Source of the DNA: an uncultured Spongiibacteraceae bacterium
GTDB taxonomy: Bacteria > Pseudomonadota > Gammaproteobacteria > Pseudomonadales > DT-91
Direction: 5' to 3'
NCBI GenBank assembly: GCA_964568295.1
Contig: CAZMQC010000002.1
Coordinates: 1 to 31,218 of the forward strand
DNA: 31,218 nucleotides
Below are positions 8,090 through 18,685 of the stretch, piece after piece. Under the pieces are notes generated by a model that saw nothing but the letters and a program-made list of their open reading frames with translations, had not been told where the DNA came from and ran no database searches. The position numbers and the translations under genes were made by a program. The number at the start of each line of letters is the position of its first letter. The first letter of the stretch is position 1.

Positions 8090-9529
8090 ATGAAGCAGAC
8101 ATTACAGCTAAAACAAGGATTGCAACTAGCATTAACCCCGCAATTGCAGCAGGCAATTCGTCTGATGCAACTTTCTAGCACCGAACTAGAGCAAGAAATA
8201 CAACAAATGCTCGATAGCAATCCTTTGTTAGAGAGCGGCGACAGCTACGAAAGCGAAGATACGCCCGAATCTCACGAGCATGAAAGCGCACAAGATGAGT
8301 GGTCAGATGACATCCCCGAGGAGCTTAGTTTAGACACGCAATGGGATGAGCTTTATGCTGATCGCGACATCCATGAGGAAAGCGTAGCCACTAAGCAAAG
8401 TGATCTGAGCAATAGCCAACAAGATTTTTATCCTGACACAAGCAGCGAAACCTTGCACGAATCGTTGCTATGGCAAGTCACCATGGCCAAGCTAGTTGAT
8501 CAAGATCGTGCAATTGCCCTGACCATTATTGACAGCCTTGCAGCCACGGGACTATTAAGCATTTCTGCCCAAGCGTTGTTTGAATCTATCGCCGATGAGC
8601 TAGAAATCGACTTTGCCGATTTTGAAGCAGTGCGCGGTTTGATTAAAAGCTTTGAGCCACAAGGCTGTGCTTGCGAAAACTTGGTGGAGTTTTTGAATTA
8701 TCGGCTCGATACCCTACCCAAACAAACACCGTCCCGCAAAGAAGCTAAGCAGCTTGTCAATCGGCATCTAGACGCCCTAGCCATTCATGACTATGCGCAA
8801 CTAAAAAGACGAACGGGCTTAAGCCCCGAAGCCATTAAAAGCGCGCTTGAATTAATACAGCGGTTGTCAAACTTACCCAGTGAAGAGTTTGTTGACACCA
8901 ACATCGAATATATCAAACCCGATGTTTACGTCACCAAACGTGGACCAATATGGCAAGCGCAACTGAGTAGCAATAGCGCAATCAAATTACGCATCAACAC
9001 TGATTATGCAGAATTAATCAATCGCGCTAAAAACACCCAAGACCAGACCTATATTCGTGACAATCTGAATGAAGCCAAGTGGTTTATTAAAAGCCTAGAA
9101 AGCCGTAATGATACTCTGTTAAAAGTTGCGCAAACCATTGTTGAGCAACAACATGGTTTTTTTGACTATGGCGAACAAGCAATGAAACCCTTGATTCTGC
9201 AAGATGTCGCACAAGCAATCGACATGCACGAATCAACGGTATCTCGCATCACCACGCGTAAATACATGCAAACGCCAATGGGCGTATTTGAATTAAAATA
9301 TTTTTTCTCTAGCCATGTAAGCACGGATACAGGCGGCGAATGCTCGTCAATTGCTATACGATCCATGATTAAAAAGCTGGTCGATGAAGAAGACACCAAG
9401 AAACCGCTAAGTGATAGCAAGCTTGCCTCGCTATTAGAAGAGCAAGGCATTAATATCGCGCGGAGAACCATTGCAAAATACCGTGAACAATTGCAAATCC
9501 CGCCGTCTAATGAAAGGAAAAGACTTTAA
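8090..9529 (+). CDS. rpoN: RNA polymerase sigma-54 factor
   Basis: Q/L-rich region I (LTPQLQQAIRLMQL), acidic region II, HTH MHESTVSR, ELKYFF and RpoN box ARRTIAKYRE. Confidence 0.98.
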   Translation: MKQTLQLKQGLQLALTPQLQQAIRLMQLSSTELEQEIQQMLDSNPLLESGDSYESEDTPESHEHESAQDEWSDDIPEELSLDTQWDELYADRDIHEESVATKQSDLSNSQQDFYPDTSSETLHESLLWQVTMAKLVDQDRAIALTIIDSLAATGLLSISAQALFESIADELEIDFADFEAVRGLIKSFEPQGCACENLVEFLNYRLDTLPKQTPSRKEAKQLVNRHLDALAIHDYAQLKRRTGLSPEAIKSALELIQRLSNLPSEEFVDTNIEYIKPDVYVTKRGPIWQAQLSSNSAIKLRINTDYAELINRAKNTQDQTYIRDNLNEAKWFIKSLESRNDTLLKVAQTIVEQQHGFFDYGEQAMKPLILQDVAQAIDMHESTVSRITTRKYMQTPMGVFELKYFFSSHVSTDTGGECSSIAIRSMIKKLVDEEDTKKPLSDSKLASLLEEQGINIARRTIAKYREQLQIPPSNERKRL

Positions 9530-9652
9530 GTTTTTTTGAGATAAGTTAATGACAAGTGTGTTTTTTCATGCCTTAATAAGTCAAAGAATTTATATAAAGG
9601 CTTTTACTCGACTAACAACAATAAGTAAGTACTAACCTCCAAGGAGAAATCT

Positions 9653-9955
9653 ATGCAAATCAATGTTAATGGTCGCCACATCGAAGTTACCAGCGCATTA
9701 AACGATTATGTAACCAGCAAAATGCAGCGCTTAGAGCGTCATTTTGATAATATCACCACCATGCAAGTTACCCTAACCGTGGAGAAGCAACGCCAAATTG
9801 CAGACGCTAGTCTCCATATCGCGGGCGCTGAATTATTTGCGGAAGCAGAGTCGGCCGATATGTATGCATCAATTGACGCTTTAATTGACAAGCTCGACAA
9901 ACAAATCCTTAAACACAAAGGCAAACAAGAAGCACGACGCCAAGTGAATGTGTAA
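9653..9955 (+). CDS. hpf: Ribosome hibernation promoting factor (short HPF)
   Basis: MQINVNGRHIEVTSAL..YV..K..RL.RHFD, DMYASIDALIDKLDKQILKHK; AAGGAG SD; canonical position after rpoN. Confidence 0.95.
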   Translation: MQINVNGRHIEVTSALNDYVTSKMQRLERHFDNITTMQVTLTVEKQRQIADASLHIAGAELFAEAESADMYASIDALIDKLDKQILKHKGKQEARRQVNV

Positions 9956-9960
9956 AATAT

Positions 9961-9984
9961 AAGGTCGCGCAAGCGACCTTTTTT
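9961..9984 (+). terminator. Intrinsic terminator after hpf
   Basis: 8-bp stem AAGGTCGC/GCGACCTT, GCAA tetraloop, T run. Confidence 0.75.
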
Positions 9985-10016
9985 ACCATGAAACTTTGCA
10001 ATAAAAAGGTAACACT

Positions 10017-10859
10017 ATGAAGTTGATCATTATCAGTGGTCGCTCAGGATCAGGCAAAAGTACAGCGCTGAATGTATTAGAGGATTCCGGTTATTACGCT
10101 ATCGACAATTTGCCCGCTGGCCTTCTTCCCGCGCTCGTCGAACAATCTAACCCCGATGACAAGCTTGCGGTTTGCATTGATGCACGCAATCATACTAAAG
10201 ACATCGCAAGTTTTGTCAGCATCATTGAATCCTTGCCGAGCAGTGTCGAAAAGCAGCTTATTTACTTAGATGCACAAGGTCCTGTATTAATTAAACGCTT
10301 TAGTGAAACGCGTAGAAAGCACCCATTAAGTAACGAGCAAACCTCACTCAAGCAAGCAATCAGTATTGAGAAAAACATTCTTGACCCGATTGCATCCATT
10401 GCAAACTTGCACATCGATACCAGCCAAATGAATGTGCATACCCTACGCAGCACGATTAAAAAGCGTATTGCGCTGCCCGAAAACGGCGCGATGTCGATTC
10501 TATTTACTTCGTTTGGCTTTAAAACTGGCATTCCTGTTGATGCCGATATTGTTTACGATGTTCGCTGCTTGCCTAATCCCTACTGGGAACCAACACTACG
10601 TCATCTAACTGGCCAAGACAGCGCCGTGCAGGCTTTCTTTGCGCAACAAGACGACGTGAATAAAATGTTTAACGACATCAAACAGTACTTGGAATATTGG
10701 CTACCCAAGTTTAATGACAACAACCGCAGCTATGTCACTATCTCAATTGGCTGTACGGGTGGTATGCATCGCTCGGTTTATATTGCAGAGCAGTTGAAAA
10801 ATCATTTTGCACAAAACTATAGCAATGTATTAATCCATCACCGCGATTTAATTCATTAA
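10017..10859 (+). CDS. rapZ: RNase adapter / P-loop NTPase RapZ (YhbJ)
   Basis: GRSGSGKS, DNLP, RFSETRRKHPL, SFGFK.G.P.DAD.V.DVRCLPNP and GCTGGMHRSV. Confidence 0.95.
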   Translation: MKLIIISGRSGSGKSTALNVLEDSGYYAIDNLPAGLLPALVEQSNPDDKLAVCIDARNHTKDIASFVSIIESLPSSVEKQLIYLDAQGPVLIKRFSETRRKHPLSNEQTSLKQAISIEKNILDPIASIANLHIDTSQMNVHTLRSTIKKRIALPENGAMSILFTSFGFKTGIPVDADIVYDVRCLPNPYWEPTLRHLTGQDSAVQAFFAQQDDVNKMFNDIKQYLEYWLPKFNDNNRSYVTISIGCTGGMHRSVYIAEQLKNHFAQNYSNVLIHHRDLIH

Positions 10860-10894
10860 CCGCTACCACACCCATCTAACCAACACGACCGATA

Positions 10895-11401
10895 ATGAAA
10901 AACAACAAAATAGACGATGAAGATATTGAATACATCAGCAAATCCGAGCAGAAGCGATGGGCGGAGGAGTTACAGGCAATCGGTGTTGAACTCATTGATT
11001 TACCGGAAAATTTATTTAGCCAACTTGAATTACCTGCTAGTTTAGAAAAGGCCATTACCGACACACGTAAAATACAAAACTTTAGCGCGCGCAGAAGGCA
11101 GTATCAATTAATTGGCAAAATCATGCGTAAAATTGATGACGTTGAACCGATTAAGAAAGTCCTAGCGCAATGGAAAGAAGGCAACAAAATTCAAAATCAA
11201 AAACATACCCGCTATGAAAAGCATCGCGAACAGCTACTGAATGGCGATCAAAGTGTTCTGCACATTTACTTAGAAAAACAAGCATGCGACGAAAAAAAAT
11301 TAAGCGAGTTAATTAATCAGGCAAAAAATGAAGTTGAGCAGAATAACAAAGGCAAGGCTTTTAAATCGTTGTTTAAGTATTTACGAGAAATAGATAATTA
11401 A
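10895..11401 (+). CDS. yjgA: Ribosome biogenesis factor YjgA/DarP (DUF615)
   Basis: SKSEQKR..EELQ.IG..L, ARRRQYQLIGKIMR and KAFKSLFKYLRE motifs. Confidence 0.88.
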   Translation: MKNNKIDDEDIEYISKSEQKRWAEELQAIGVELIDLPENLFSQLELPASLEKAITDTRKIQNFSARRRQYQLIGKIMRKIDDVEPIKKVLAQWKEGNKIQNQKHTRYEKHREQLLNGDQSVLHIYLEKQACDEKKLSELINQAKNEVEQNNKGKAFKSLFKYLREIDN

Positions 11402-11407
11402 CTCCAT

Positions 11408-11435
11408 AAAAAAAGGTGCTTTCGCACCTTTTTTT
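11408..11435. terminator. Bidirectional intrinsic terminator between yjgA and rplQ
   Basis: A7-GGTGC-TTTC-GCACC-T7; GAAA loop on the minus strand; overlaps the rplQ stop codon. Confidence 0.92.
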
Positions 11436-11820
11436 ATTCTTCATCAACCGCTACAGCATCAGCTGGACGATCAACAAGCTCTACGTAAGCCATTGGCGCA
11501 TTATCGCCAGCACGAAAGCCTGCTTTAAGGATGCGCAAATAACCGCCTGGGCGTTGTTGATAGCGGGGACCTAGTTCGTTAAATAACTTGCCAACCGCTT
11601 CTTTGCTGCGAAGACGGTCAAAAGCCAAACGACGATTAGCAACCGAATCAACTTTTGCTAACGTAATCAAAGGCTCTGCATAACGGCGAAGTTCTTTCGC
11701 TTTAGGCAAAGTTGTTTTGATTAATTCATGTTCAACCAATGAATTAACCATATTTTTGAACATAGCAGCACGATGTGCTGAAGTTCTGTTAAATTTACGG
11801 CCACTTTTACGATGACGCAT
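11434..11820 (-). CDS. rplQ: 50S ribosomal protein L17
   Basis: [37 protein letters not shown]. Confidence 0.99.
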   Translation of the reverse strand: MRHRKSGRKFNRTSAHRAAMFKNMVNSLVEHELIKTTLPKAKELRRYAEPLITLAKVDSVANRRLAFDRLRSKEAVGKLFNELGPRYQQRPGGYLRILKAGFRAGDNAPMAYVELVDRPADAVAVDEE

Positions 11821-11880
11821 GATGTGTTCCTACCTTTGCTTATGCTATCTCAGCATTGCTTAAATGAATGTGATGGTTGA

Positions 11881-12885
11881 TTATCTGTGCAATACACGAT
11901 CATCATTTTTTAGACTGCTAGGTGGCCAATTTTCTAGGCGCATACCTAGATGAAGACCTCTGCTTGCCAACACATCTTTTATTTCAGTTAATGATTTTTT
12001 ACCTAAATTTGGTGTTTTAAGCAATTCAACTTCAGTGCGTTGTACCAAATCACCAATATAGTAAATGTTTTCAGCTTTCAAACAATTTGCTGAACGAACC
12101 GTTAACTCCAAATCGTCAACAGGACGCAACAACATTGGATCAACTTCTTCTTCAGGCTCTGCTTCAACTTTCTCAGCTTCGCTTTGCAAATCAACAAAGA
12201 TAGCTAATTGTTGTTGTAAGATTGTAGCTGCACGACGAATAGCTTCTTCTGGATCAAGCGTACCGTTAGTTTCAAGATCAAGTACTAACTTATCTAAGTC
12301 AGTACGTTGTTCAACACGTGCACTCTCAACATTGTATGCAACACGCAATACAGGACTGAAAGAAGCGTCTAACTGTAAGCGACCGATAGGACGTGTTTCA
12401 TCCTCTTCACTTAAGCGAGATTCAGCTGTTGAATAACCACGACCTCTTGCCACGGTTAAGTTCATTTTAATTTCAGTACCTTCGCCCAAAGTAGCAATAA
12501 CGTGCTCTGGGTTTTTAATTTCTACATCATGCTCAGCTTGAATGTCACCAGCTGTTAATACGCCTGGACCTTTTTTATGCAAAGAAAGTTCAGCATTGTC
12601 ACGACCTTGCATAACAATGGCAACGCCTTTCAAGTTAAGCAAAATATCAAGGACGTCTTCACGAACGCCTTCGATATTGCTGTACTCATGTTGCACACCA
12701 TCAATTTCAACTTCGGTGATTGCACAACCTGGCATAGAAGATAAAAGGATACGACGTAGCGCATTACCTAGAGTGTGGCCGAAACCACGCTCTAAAGGTT
12801 CCAGAACAACTTTGGCATGTGTAGAAGCTATTTCTTCAACATGAATGACTTTTGGCGTTAAGAATTCATTTACGCTAATGCCCAT
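11881..12885 (-). CDS. rpoA: RNA polymerase alpha subunit
   Basis: [23 protein letters not shown]; alpha[18 protein letters not shown]; start corrected from 12936 (which would overlap rpsD) to ATG 12885 ([11 protein letters not shown]). Confidence 0.98.
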   Translation of the reverse strand: MGISVNEFLTPKVIHVEEIASTHAKVVLEPLERGFGHTLGNALRRILLSSMPGCAITEVEIDGVQHEYSNIEGVREDVLDILLNLKGVAIVMQGRDNAELSLHKKGPGVLTAGDIQAEHDVEIKNPEHVIATLGEGTEIKMNLTVARGRGYSTAESRLSEEDETRPIGRLQLDASFSPVLRVAYNVESARVEQRTDLDKLVLDLETNGTLDPEEAIRRAATILQQQLAIFVDLQSEAEKVEAEPEEEVDPMLLRPVDDLELTVRSANCLKAENIYYIGDLVQRTEVELLKTPNLGKKSLTEIKDVLASRGLHLGMRLENWPPSSLKNDDRVLHR

Positions 12886-12916
12886 AGTTCTACTACCCCT
12901 GTTAATAGACCAAAGA

Positions 12917-13537
12917 TTACTTCGAGTACAATTCAACGATTAAGCTTTCGTTGATTTCAGCTGGCAAATCCTGACGTTCTGGAATGCGTTTAAATACACC
13001 TTCCAATTTTTCAGAATTCACATCAACCCAATCAACATCAGCACGCTGCGCAGCAATTTCTAAAGACTGCTTGATACGAAGTTGGTTTTTAGCTTTTTCA
13101 CGAACCGAAACTACATCGCCTGCTTTCACTTGATAAGAAGCAATGTTCACAGCAGCGCCGTTCACTAAAATAGCTTTATGTGAAACAAGCTGACGTGCTT
13201 CTGCACGTGTTGCACCAAAACCCATTCGATAAACAACGTTATCCAAACGGCTTTCTAACAAGGTCAATAGGTTTTCACCAGTAGCGCCTTTTAAGCGAGC
13301 AGCTTCTTTATAGTAGTTACGGAATTGCTTTTCTAAAATGCCGTAAATACGACGAACTTTTTGTTTTTCGCGTAACTGAGTACCGTACTCAGAAAGACGA
13401 CCACGACGTGCACCGTGCTGTCCTGGAGCGGTCTCAACTTTACACTTGCTATCTAAAGCGCGAATACCACTTTTAAGAAAAAGATCAGTACCTTCACGTC
13501 TCGATAACTTACAGGTAGGGCCGATATATCTTGCCAT
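12917..13537 (-). CDS. rpsD: 30S ribosomal protein S4
   Basis: [34 protein letters not shown]. Confidence 0.99.
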   Translation of the reverse strand: MARYIGPTCKLSRREGTDLFLKSGIRALDSKCKVETAPGQHGARRGRLSEYGTQLREKQKVRRIYGILEKQFRNYYKEAARLKGATGENLLTLLESRLDNVVYRMGFGATRAEARQLVSHKAILVNGAAVNIASYQVKAGDVVSVREKAKNQLRIKQSLEIAAQRADVDWVDVNSEKLEGVFKRIPERQDLPAEINESLIVELYSK

Positions 13538-13557
13538 TTCAAATTCCTGCCTTTAAA

Positions 13558-13947
13558 TTAAACACGACGTTTTTTAGCTGGACGACACCCATTGTGTGGG
13601 ATTGGCGTAACGTCTTTGATGCTTGTAATTTTATAACCGCAGCCGTTCAATGCACGAACTGCAGATTCACGACCTGGACCAGGACCTTTAACTTCAACGT
13701 CAAGGTTTTTTAAACCGTATTCTTGCGCAGCAACACCCGCTCTTTCTGCAGCAACCTGCGCAGCAAAAGGTGTACTTTTACGTGAACCACGGAAACCAGA
13801 ACCACCTGAAGTAGCCCAGCTTAAGGTATTACCCTGTCTGTCAGTAATTGTAATAATAGTGTTATTGAACGAAGCATGAATGTGAGCTACGCCATCAACA
13901 ACACTCTTCTTGACCTTTTTACGGGGCTTTTGACTTGGCTTTGCCAT
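13558..13947 (-). CDS. rpsK: 30S ribosomal protein S11
   Basis: [38 protein letters not shown]. Confidence 0.99.
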   Translation of the reverse strand: MAKPSQKPRKKVKKSVVDGVAHIHASFNNTIITITDRQGNTLSWATSGGSGFRGSRKSTPFAAQVAAERAGVAAQEYGLKNLDVEVKGPGPGRESAVRALNGCGYKITSIKDVTPIPHNGCRPAKKRRV

Positions 13948-13970
13948 AATATTTTCCCAACAAGAATAAG

Positions 13971-14327
13971 TTATTTACGAATTGCTTTACGCGGACCTTT
14001 ACGGGTACGAGCGTTAGTTTTGGTGCGTTGACCACGAAGTGGTAAGTTTTTACGATGACGTAAACCACGATAGCAACCAAGATCTAGCAAGCGCTTAATG
14101 TTGATGTTCACTTCACGACGAAGATCGCCTTCAACGGTTAATTTACCGATCTCGGTACGAAGCTTATCTAAAACTTCTTCAGAAAGATCGGCAATTTTAT
14201 CATCTTCTTTGATACCAACAGCTGCACATAATTGTTTTGCAGTTGTACGACCAACACCATAGATATATGTCAGCGATATCACAGCATGTTTATTGTCTGG
14301 TATGTTGACACCGGCGATACGAGCCAT
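13971..14327 (-). CDS. rpsM: 30S ribosomal protein S13
   Basis: [35 protein letters not shown]. Confidence 0.99.
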   Translation of the reverse strand: MARIAGVNIPDNKHAVISLTYIYGVGRTTAKQLCAAVGIKEDDKIADLSEEVLDKLRTEIGKLTVEGDLRREVNINIKRLLDLGCYRGLRHRKNLPLRGQRTKTNARTRKGPRKAIRK

Positions 14328-14366
14328 TCAACTATCTCCAAGTTTATGTTGTTCGAAAGGCGCAGC

Positions 14367-14395
14367 AATATAGCGCCACATTATTAAAAAATCAA
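14367..14395 (-). promoter_or_regulatory. Alpha-operon promoter candidate with GC-rich discriminator
   Basis: TTGATT-N17-TATATT followed by GCTGCGCC. Confidence 0.65.
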
Positions 14396-14410
14396 CCTTT
14401 TTCGGCAAAA

Positions 14411-14527
14411 TTAGCCTTGACGTTGTTTATGACGTGGTTCTGTTGAACAGATTACACGTACAACGCCTTTACGCTTAACAATTTTGCAGTCGCGGCAAAT
14501 TTTCTTTATAGAAGCACGTACTTTCAT
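14411..14527 (-). CDS. rpmJ: 50S ribosomal protein L36, Zn-binding (C+) form
   Basis: Missed by the ORF track; hand translation [38 protein letters not shown] (38 aa; CxxC...C...H); GGAG SD. Confidence 0.98.
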   Translation of the reverse strand: MKVRASIKKICRDCKIVKRKGVVRVICSTEPRHKQRQG

Positions 14528-14559
14528 TGTCTTACTCCAGAATGCGTTTACACGCTTTT

Positions 14560-15879
14560 CTATCTTTTACCATAGGATTGTAAATTTGCTTTTTGCATCA
14601 GACCTTGGTACTGATGTGAAAGCAAGTGAGATTGCACTTGTGCCATAAAATCCATTACTACGACAACAACAATCAAGAGCGAGGTTCCTCCTAAGTAAAA
14701 AGGAACATTCGCCATAACGATTAACGCCTGAGGTAACAGACACACAGCAGCCACATATGCGGCACCAAACAACGTTAAGCGCGTTAAGACTTTATCAATA
14801 TAAGAAGCGGTGTGCTCACCTGGACGGATGCCCGGCAAGAAAGCTCCAGAACGCTTTAAGTTATCTGCAACTTCTTTAGGATTAAACATCAACGCCGTAT
14901 AGAAGAAACAGAAGAAAACAATCAAAACTGTAAATAAAATAATATTCAATGGTTGACCAGGACCGATAATAAACGCCAAGTCTTGTAACCAACCCATACT
15001 ATCCGACGATTGACCAAACCACTGCGCAATCGATGCTGGGAATAATAAAATACTTGAAGCAAAAATCGGCGGAATAACACCCGACATATTTATCTTCAAT
15101 GGCAAGTGACTGGTTTGCCCTTGCATCATGTGGCGGCCTTGCTGTCTTCTCGCATAGTTAATAGTGATGCGACGCTGTGCACGCTCAACCTTAACTACTA
15201 ACCAAGTAACAAAAACTGCAACAAACAACACCACAAGCAGAACAAGGAAATTCAACTCGCCTTGACGTGCCTGTTCAATGGACTGCACAACCGCAGAAGG
15301 CAAACCTGCAACAATACCCGCGAAGATCAACATGGAAATACCATTACCAATGCCGCGCTCAGTAATCTGCTCACCCAACCACATCATAAACATAGCGCCC
15401 GTTACCAACGAAATAACAGCCACCAAAATTGTATGGAAACCTGCATCAAAGAATAAGCCTTGTGATGCCATACCAACCGACATACCCGTCGCTTGGATTA
15501 ATGCCAAGAAAAACGCACCATAACGAGTGTATTGGCTAATTTTACGACGACCTTGTTCTCCCTCTTTTTTCAACTGATCCAGTTGTGGGGTTACAGGCGT
15601 CAACAACTGCATAATAATTGCAGCAGAAATATAAGGCATTATCCCTAATGCCAAGATACTCATCCGCTCTAAAGCACCACCAGAAAACATATTGAACAAC
15701 CCTAAAATTGTTCCTGAGTTCTGGTTAAACATAGCATCAAGCTGAACAGGGTTTACACCTGGTACAGGAATATGCGTACCTATTCTATAGACCAAGATAG
15801 CCAAAATCAGAAAACGAAGGCGAGTCCATAACTCGCCTAGTCCGGCACCACTTGTATTTACTGCCTGTGCTTTTGCCAT
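14560..15879 (-). CDS. secY: Preprotein translocase subunit SecY
   Basis: [55 protein letters not shown]. Confidence 0.99.
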   Translation of the reverse strand: MAKAQAVNTSGAGLGELWTRLRFLILAILVYRIGTHIPVPGVNPVQLDAMFNQNSGTILGLFNMFSGGALERMSILALGIMPYISAAIIMQLLTPVTPQLDQLKKEGEQGRRKISQYTRYGAFFLALIQATGMSVGMASQGLFFDAGFHTILVAVISLVTGAMFMMWLGEQITERGIGNGISMLIFAGIVAGLPSAVVQSIEQARQGELNFLVLLVVLFVAVFVTWLVVKVERAQRRITINYARRQQGRHMMQGQTSHLPLKINMSGVIPPIFASSILLFPASIAQWFGQSSDSMGWLQDLAFIIGPGQPLNIILFTVLIVFFCFFYTALMFNPKEVADNLKRSGAFLPGIRPGEHTASYIDKVLTRLTLFGAAYVAAVCLLPQALIVMANVPFYLGGTSLLIVVVVVMDFMAQVQSHLLSHQYQGLMQKANLQSYGKR

Positions 15880-15888
15880 GGTACTTTA

Positions 15889-16335
15889 TTATTCCTCTAC
15901 TTTCCCACCTGCAGCTTCAATCGCAGCTTTAGCACCTTTAGTTACTGCTAAACCTTGAATTGTAACCGCTTTTGTCAACTCACCTGACAAGAATACTTTA
16001 GCGCGTAAGATGCTACGATTTACGATGTTAGCATTTTTCAAAGCCTCCAAATCGATCACCGCTGCGTCAATCGCATTCAATTCAGACGTACGAACTTGAG
16101 CAGAAATACGAGAAATACGTGAGGTAAAACCATATTTAGGCAAGCGTTTTTGAAGTGGCATCTGACCGCCTTCAAAACCTGGACGCACTTTACCACCTGA
16201 ACGTGAAGTCAAACCTTTGTGACCACGACCACAAGTTTTGCCCAATCCGCTACCAATACCGCGACCTACACGGCGAGGTGCAGTTTTATGCCCTTCAGCC
16301 GATTGCATTGTATTTAAACGCATTTTGTCTGACAT
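15889..16335 (-). CDS. rplO: 50S ribosomal protein L15
   Basis: [29 protein letters not shown]; could start 4 codons later at MRLNT. Confidence 0.98.
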   Translation of the reverse strand: MSDKMRLNTMQSAEGHKTAPRRVGRGIGSGLGKTCGRGHKGLTSRSGGKVRPGFEGGQMPLQKRLPKYGFTSRISRISAQVRTSELNAIDAAVIDLEALKNANIVNRSILRAKVFLSGELTKAVTIQGLAVTKGAKAAIEAAGGKVEE

Positions 16336-16337
16336 GA

Positions 16338-16523
16338 TTATGCCTCCACTCGAACTAGATAGTTCACTTTGTTGATCATGCCACGCACTGAAGGTGTATC
16401 TTCTACTTCAACAGTATGACCAATTCTACGAAGGCCCAAACCAATCACACACTGTTGATGGTTTTTCAAACGACCCGCAACACTTTTAACCAGTGTCACT
16501 CTGAGCGTACTTTTAGCACTCAT
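16338..16523 (-). CDS. rpmD: 50S ribosomal protein L30
   Basis: [32 protein letters not shown]. Confidence 0.98.
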   Translation of the reverse strand: MSAKSTLRVTLVKSVAGRLKNHQQCVIGLGLRRIGHTVEVEDTPSVRGMINKVNYLVRVEA

Positions 16524-16540
16524 GTTATCACCTAAATCTA

Positions 16541-17047
16541 TTAAACTATTTCATCAACCGATTTGCCGCGTTTTGCAGCAATCTGCTCGGGTGAGCTAAT
16601 ACTCTTTAAACCGTTAATTGTAGCACGAACTACGTTTACTGGGTTAGTTGAACCGTAACACTTTGCCAAAACGTTGTGTACGCCAGCAACCTCAAGTACC
16701 GCACGCATCGCACCACCAGCAATTACACCAGTACCTTGTGATGCAGGCTGCATGTAAACTTTTGCCGCACCGTGACTTGCTTTGGTTGGGTACTGAATAG
16801 TACCGTTATCCAAATCAACGCTAATCATGCTGCGACGCGCAGCTTCCATCGCTTTTTGGATAGCCGCTGGAACTTCACGCGCTTTACCACGACCGAAACC
16901 AACTCGACCATTACCATCACCAACAACAGTCAAAGCTGTGAAACTGAAGATACGTCCGCCTTTTACAACTTTAGCAACGCGGTTTACTTGTACCAACTTT
17001 TCTTGCAAGCCTTCCAAGTTTTCTTCTTTCTTTTCATTAAATGCCAT
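16541..17047 (-). CDS. rpsE: 30S ribosomal protein S5
   Basis: [31 protein letters not shown]. Confidence 0.99.
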   Translation of the reverse strand: MAFNEKKEENLEGLQEKLVQVNRVAKVVKGGRIFSFTALTVVGDGNGRVGFGRGKAREVPAAIQKAMEAARRSMISVDLDNGTIQYPTKASHGAAKVYMQPASQGTGVIAGGAMRAVLEVAGVHNVLAKCYGSTNPVNVVRATINGLKSISSPEQIAAKRGKSVDEIV

Positions 17048-17058
17048 TGCTAACCACC

Positions 17059-17409
17059 TTAGAATTGCAAACCAGCTTCACGAGCTGTATCGGCCAACGC
17101 TTTGATACGACCGTGGAATTTAAAGCCACTACGATCAAAACTTACTTGTTCAACACCAACTTGCTTCGCACGCTCAGCAATTAATTGACCTACAGCTTTC
17201 GCTGCATCAATATTACTTGTAGCGCCTTCACGCAATGTTTTATCCAACGTTGACGCGCTTGCTAAAACTTTAGAACCGTCAGCTGAAAGTACTTGTGCAT
17301 AAATATGCTGCGAAGTACGGTGTACAGACAAACGATTGCCACCCAATTCACGGATTTTTGCTCTTGCACGACGCGCTCTACGCAATCTAGCTAATTTTTT
17401 ATCGCTCAT
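17059..17409 (-). CDS. rplR: 50S ribosomal protein L18
   Basis: [39 protein letters not shown]. Confidence 0.99.
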   Translation of the reverse strand: MSDKKLARLRRARRARAKIRELGGNRLSVHRTSQHIYAQVLSADGSKVLASASTLDKTLREGATSNIDAAKAVGQLIAERAKQVGVEQVSFDRSGFKFHGRIKALADTAREAGLQF

Positions 17410-17419
17410 ACTTTAACCT

Positions 17420-17944
17420 TTACTTCTTCTTAGCTTCTTTACGACGAACATACTCTTCAACATAACGAACACCTTTACCTTTGTAAGGTTCTGGAGCACG
17501 GAATGCGCGAATTTCTGCTGCAACCTGACCAAGCACTTGTTTATCAATCCCTTTAAGGATGATATCGGTGTTAGAAGGAGTTTCAACTGTTACGCCAGCA
17601 GGCATGGTGTAATCTAATGGATGCGAAAAACCTAAAGAAAGGCTTAATACATCGCCAGCGGCTTTCGCACGATAACCCACACCAACCAATTGTAATTTTC
17701 TTTCGAAGCCTGTGCTTACACCAACAATCATGTTGTTGATTAAAGTACGGGTAGTACCTGCCATTGCCCAGTTATTAGTAACTGGTGCAACTTTTAACGT
17801 ACTGTCTTCTTGATTTACAGCTACACCAGAGTGAACTGTTAAATTTAATGTTCCTTTACCGCCTTTAACAGTTAAATTTTGACCATCAACTGTTACTGTT
17901 ACGCCAGCTGGGATGGTTACAGGACTCTTTGCAATACGAGACAT
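17420..17944 (-). CDS. rplF: 50S ribosomal protein L6
   Basis: [22 protein letters not shown]. Confidence 0.99.
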   Translation of the reverse strand: MSRIAKSPVTIPAGVTVTVDGQNLTVKGGKGTLNLTVHSGVAVNQEDSTLKVAPVTNNWAMAGTTRTLINNMIVGVSTGFERKLQLVGVGYRAKAAGDVLSLSLGFSHPLDYTMPAGVTVETPSNTDIILKGIDKQVLGQVAAEIRAFRAPEPYKGKGVRYVEEYVRRKEAKKK

Positions 17945-17958
17945 AATAACTCCCTAAA

Positions 17959-18354
17959 TTAGAACACGTTACAGATTATTTCGCCGCCGATGCCTTGAGC
18001 ACGAGCTGCGCGATCAGTCATTAAACCTTTACTGGTTGAAATGATAGATACACCCAAACCACCACTTACTTTGCTTAAATCTTTAGCAGCTTTGTAAATG
18101 CGAAGGCTTGGACGGCTAACACGTTCAATTTTTTCAATAACAGGTTGACCATTAAAATACTTAAGTTCGATATTCAAAACTGATTTATTACCTTCAGCTT
18201 GTACATCGAAATTAGCAATATAACCTTCATCTAACAAAATCTTTGCAATCGCAGATTTCAAGGTAGATGCAGGTAGTGAAACTGACTTTTTCTCTGCCAA
18301 TTGGCCATTACGAATGCGAGTCAGCATATCAGCAATAGGATCTTGCATACTCAT
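17959..18354 (-). CDS. rpsH: 30S ribosomal protein S8
   Basis: [32 protein letters not shown]. Confidence 0.99.
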   Translation of the reverse strand: MSMQDPIADMLTRIRNGQLAEKKSVSLPASTLKSAIAKILLDEGYIANFDVQAEGNKSVLNIELKYFNGQPVIEKIERVSRPSLRIYKAAKDLSKVSGGLGVSIISTSKGLMTDRAARAQGIGGEIICNVF

Positions 18355-18370
18355 TGTCTAACTCCTCAAA

Positions 18371-18676
18371 TTACCAACTAGCTTTAACTAAACCAGGGAT
18401 GTCGCCACGCATTGCGGACTCACGAATCTGGTTACGGCAAAGACCGAACTTTCTGTAAACACCGTGTGGGCGACCAGTTAATTCGCAACGACGTTGTTGG
18501 CGAATTGGACTGGCATCACGCGGCAGTTTCTGTAGCTGTACTTGTGCTTCCCATTTTTCTTCTTCAGATGAGTGCACACTATTAATTACAGCTTTCAGAC
18601 TAGCTCGCTTCTCTGCATATTTTGCTGCCAATTTTGCGCGTTTAACATCGCGCATTTTCATTGATGTCTTTGCCAT
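18371..18676 (-). CDS. rpsN: 30S ribosomal protein S14, long non-zinc (C-) form
   Basis: 101 aa; [38 protein letters not shown]. Confidence 0.99.
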   Translation of the reverse strand: MAKTSMKMRDVKRAKLAAKYAEKRASLKAVINSVHSSEEEKWEAQVQLQKLPRDASPIRQQRRCELTGRPHGVYRKFGLCRNQIRESAMRGDIPGLVKASW

Positions 18677-18685
18677 GCTTATACC

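Noticed and set aside
9984-10001. TTTGCA upstream of rapZ as a sigma54 -12 element
   Set aside because: The -24 position reads CC, not GG.
11838-11859. AUGCU-GAGAU-AGCAU hairpin before rplQ as a possible L17 leader
   Set aside because: Only a 5-bp AU-rich stem; no support without covariation.
12886-12936. N-terminal extension of RpoA overlapping rpsD
   Set aside because: Artefact of longest-ORF calling; RpoA homology starts at ATG 12885.
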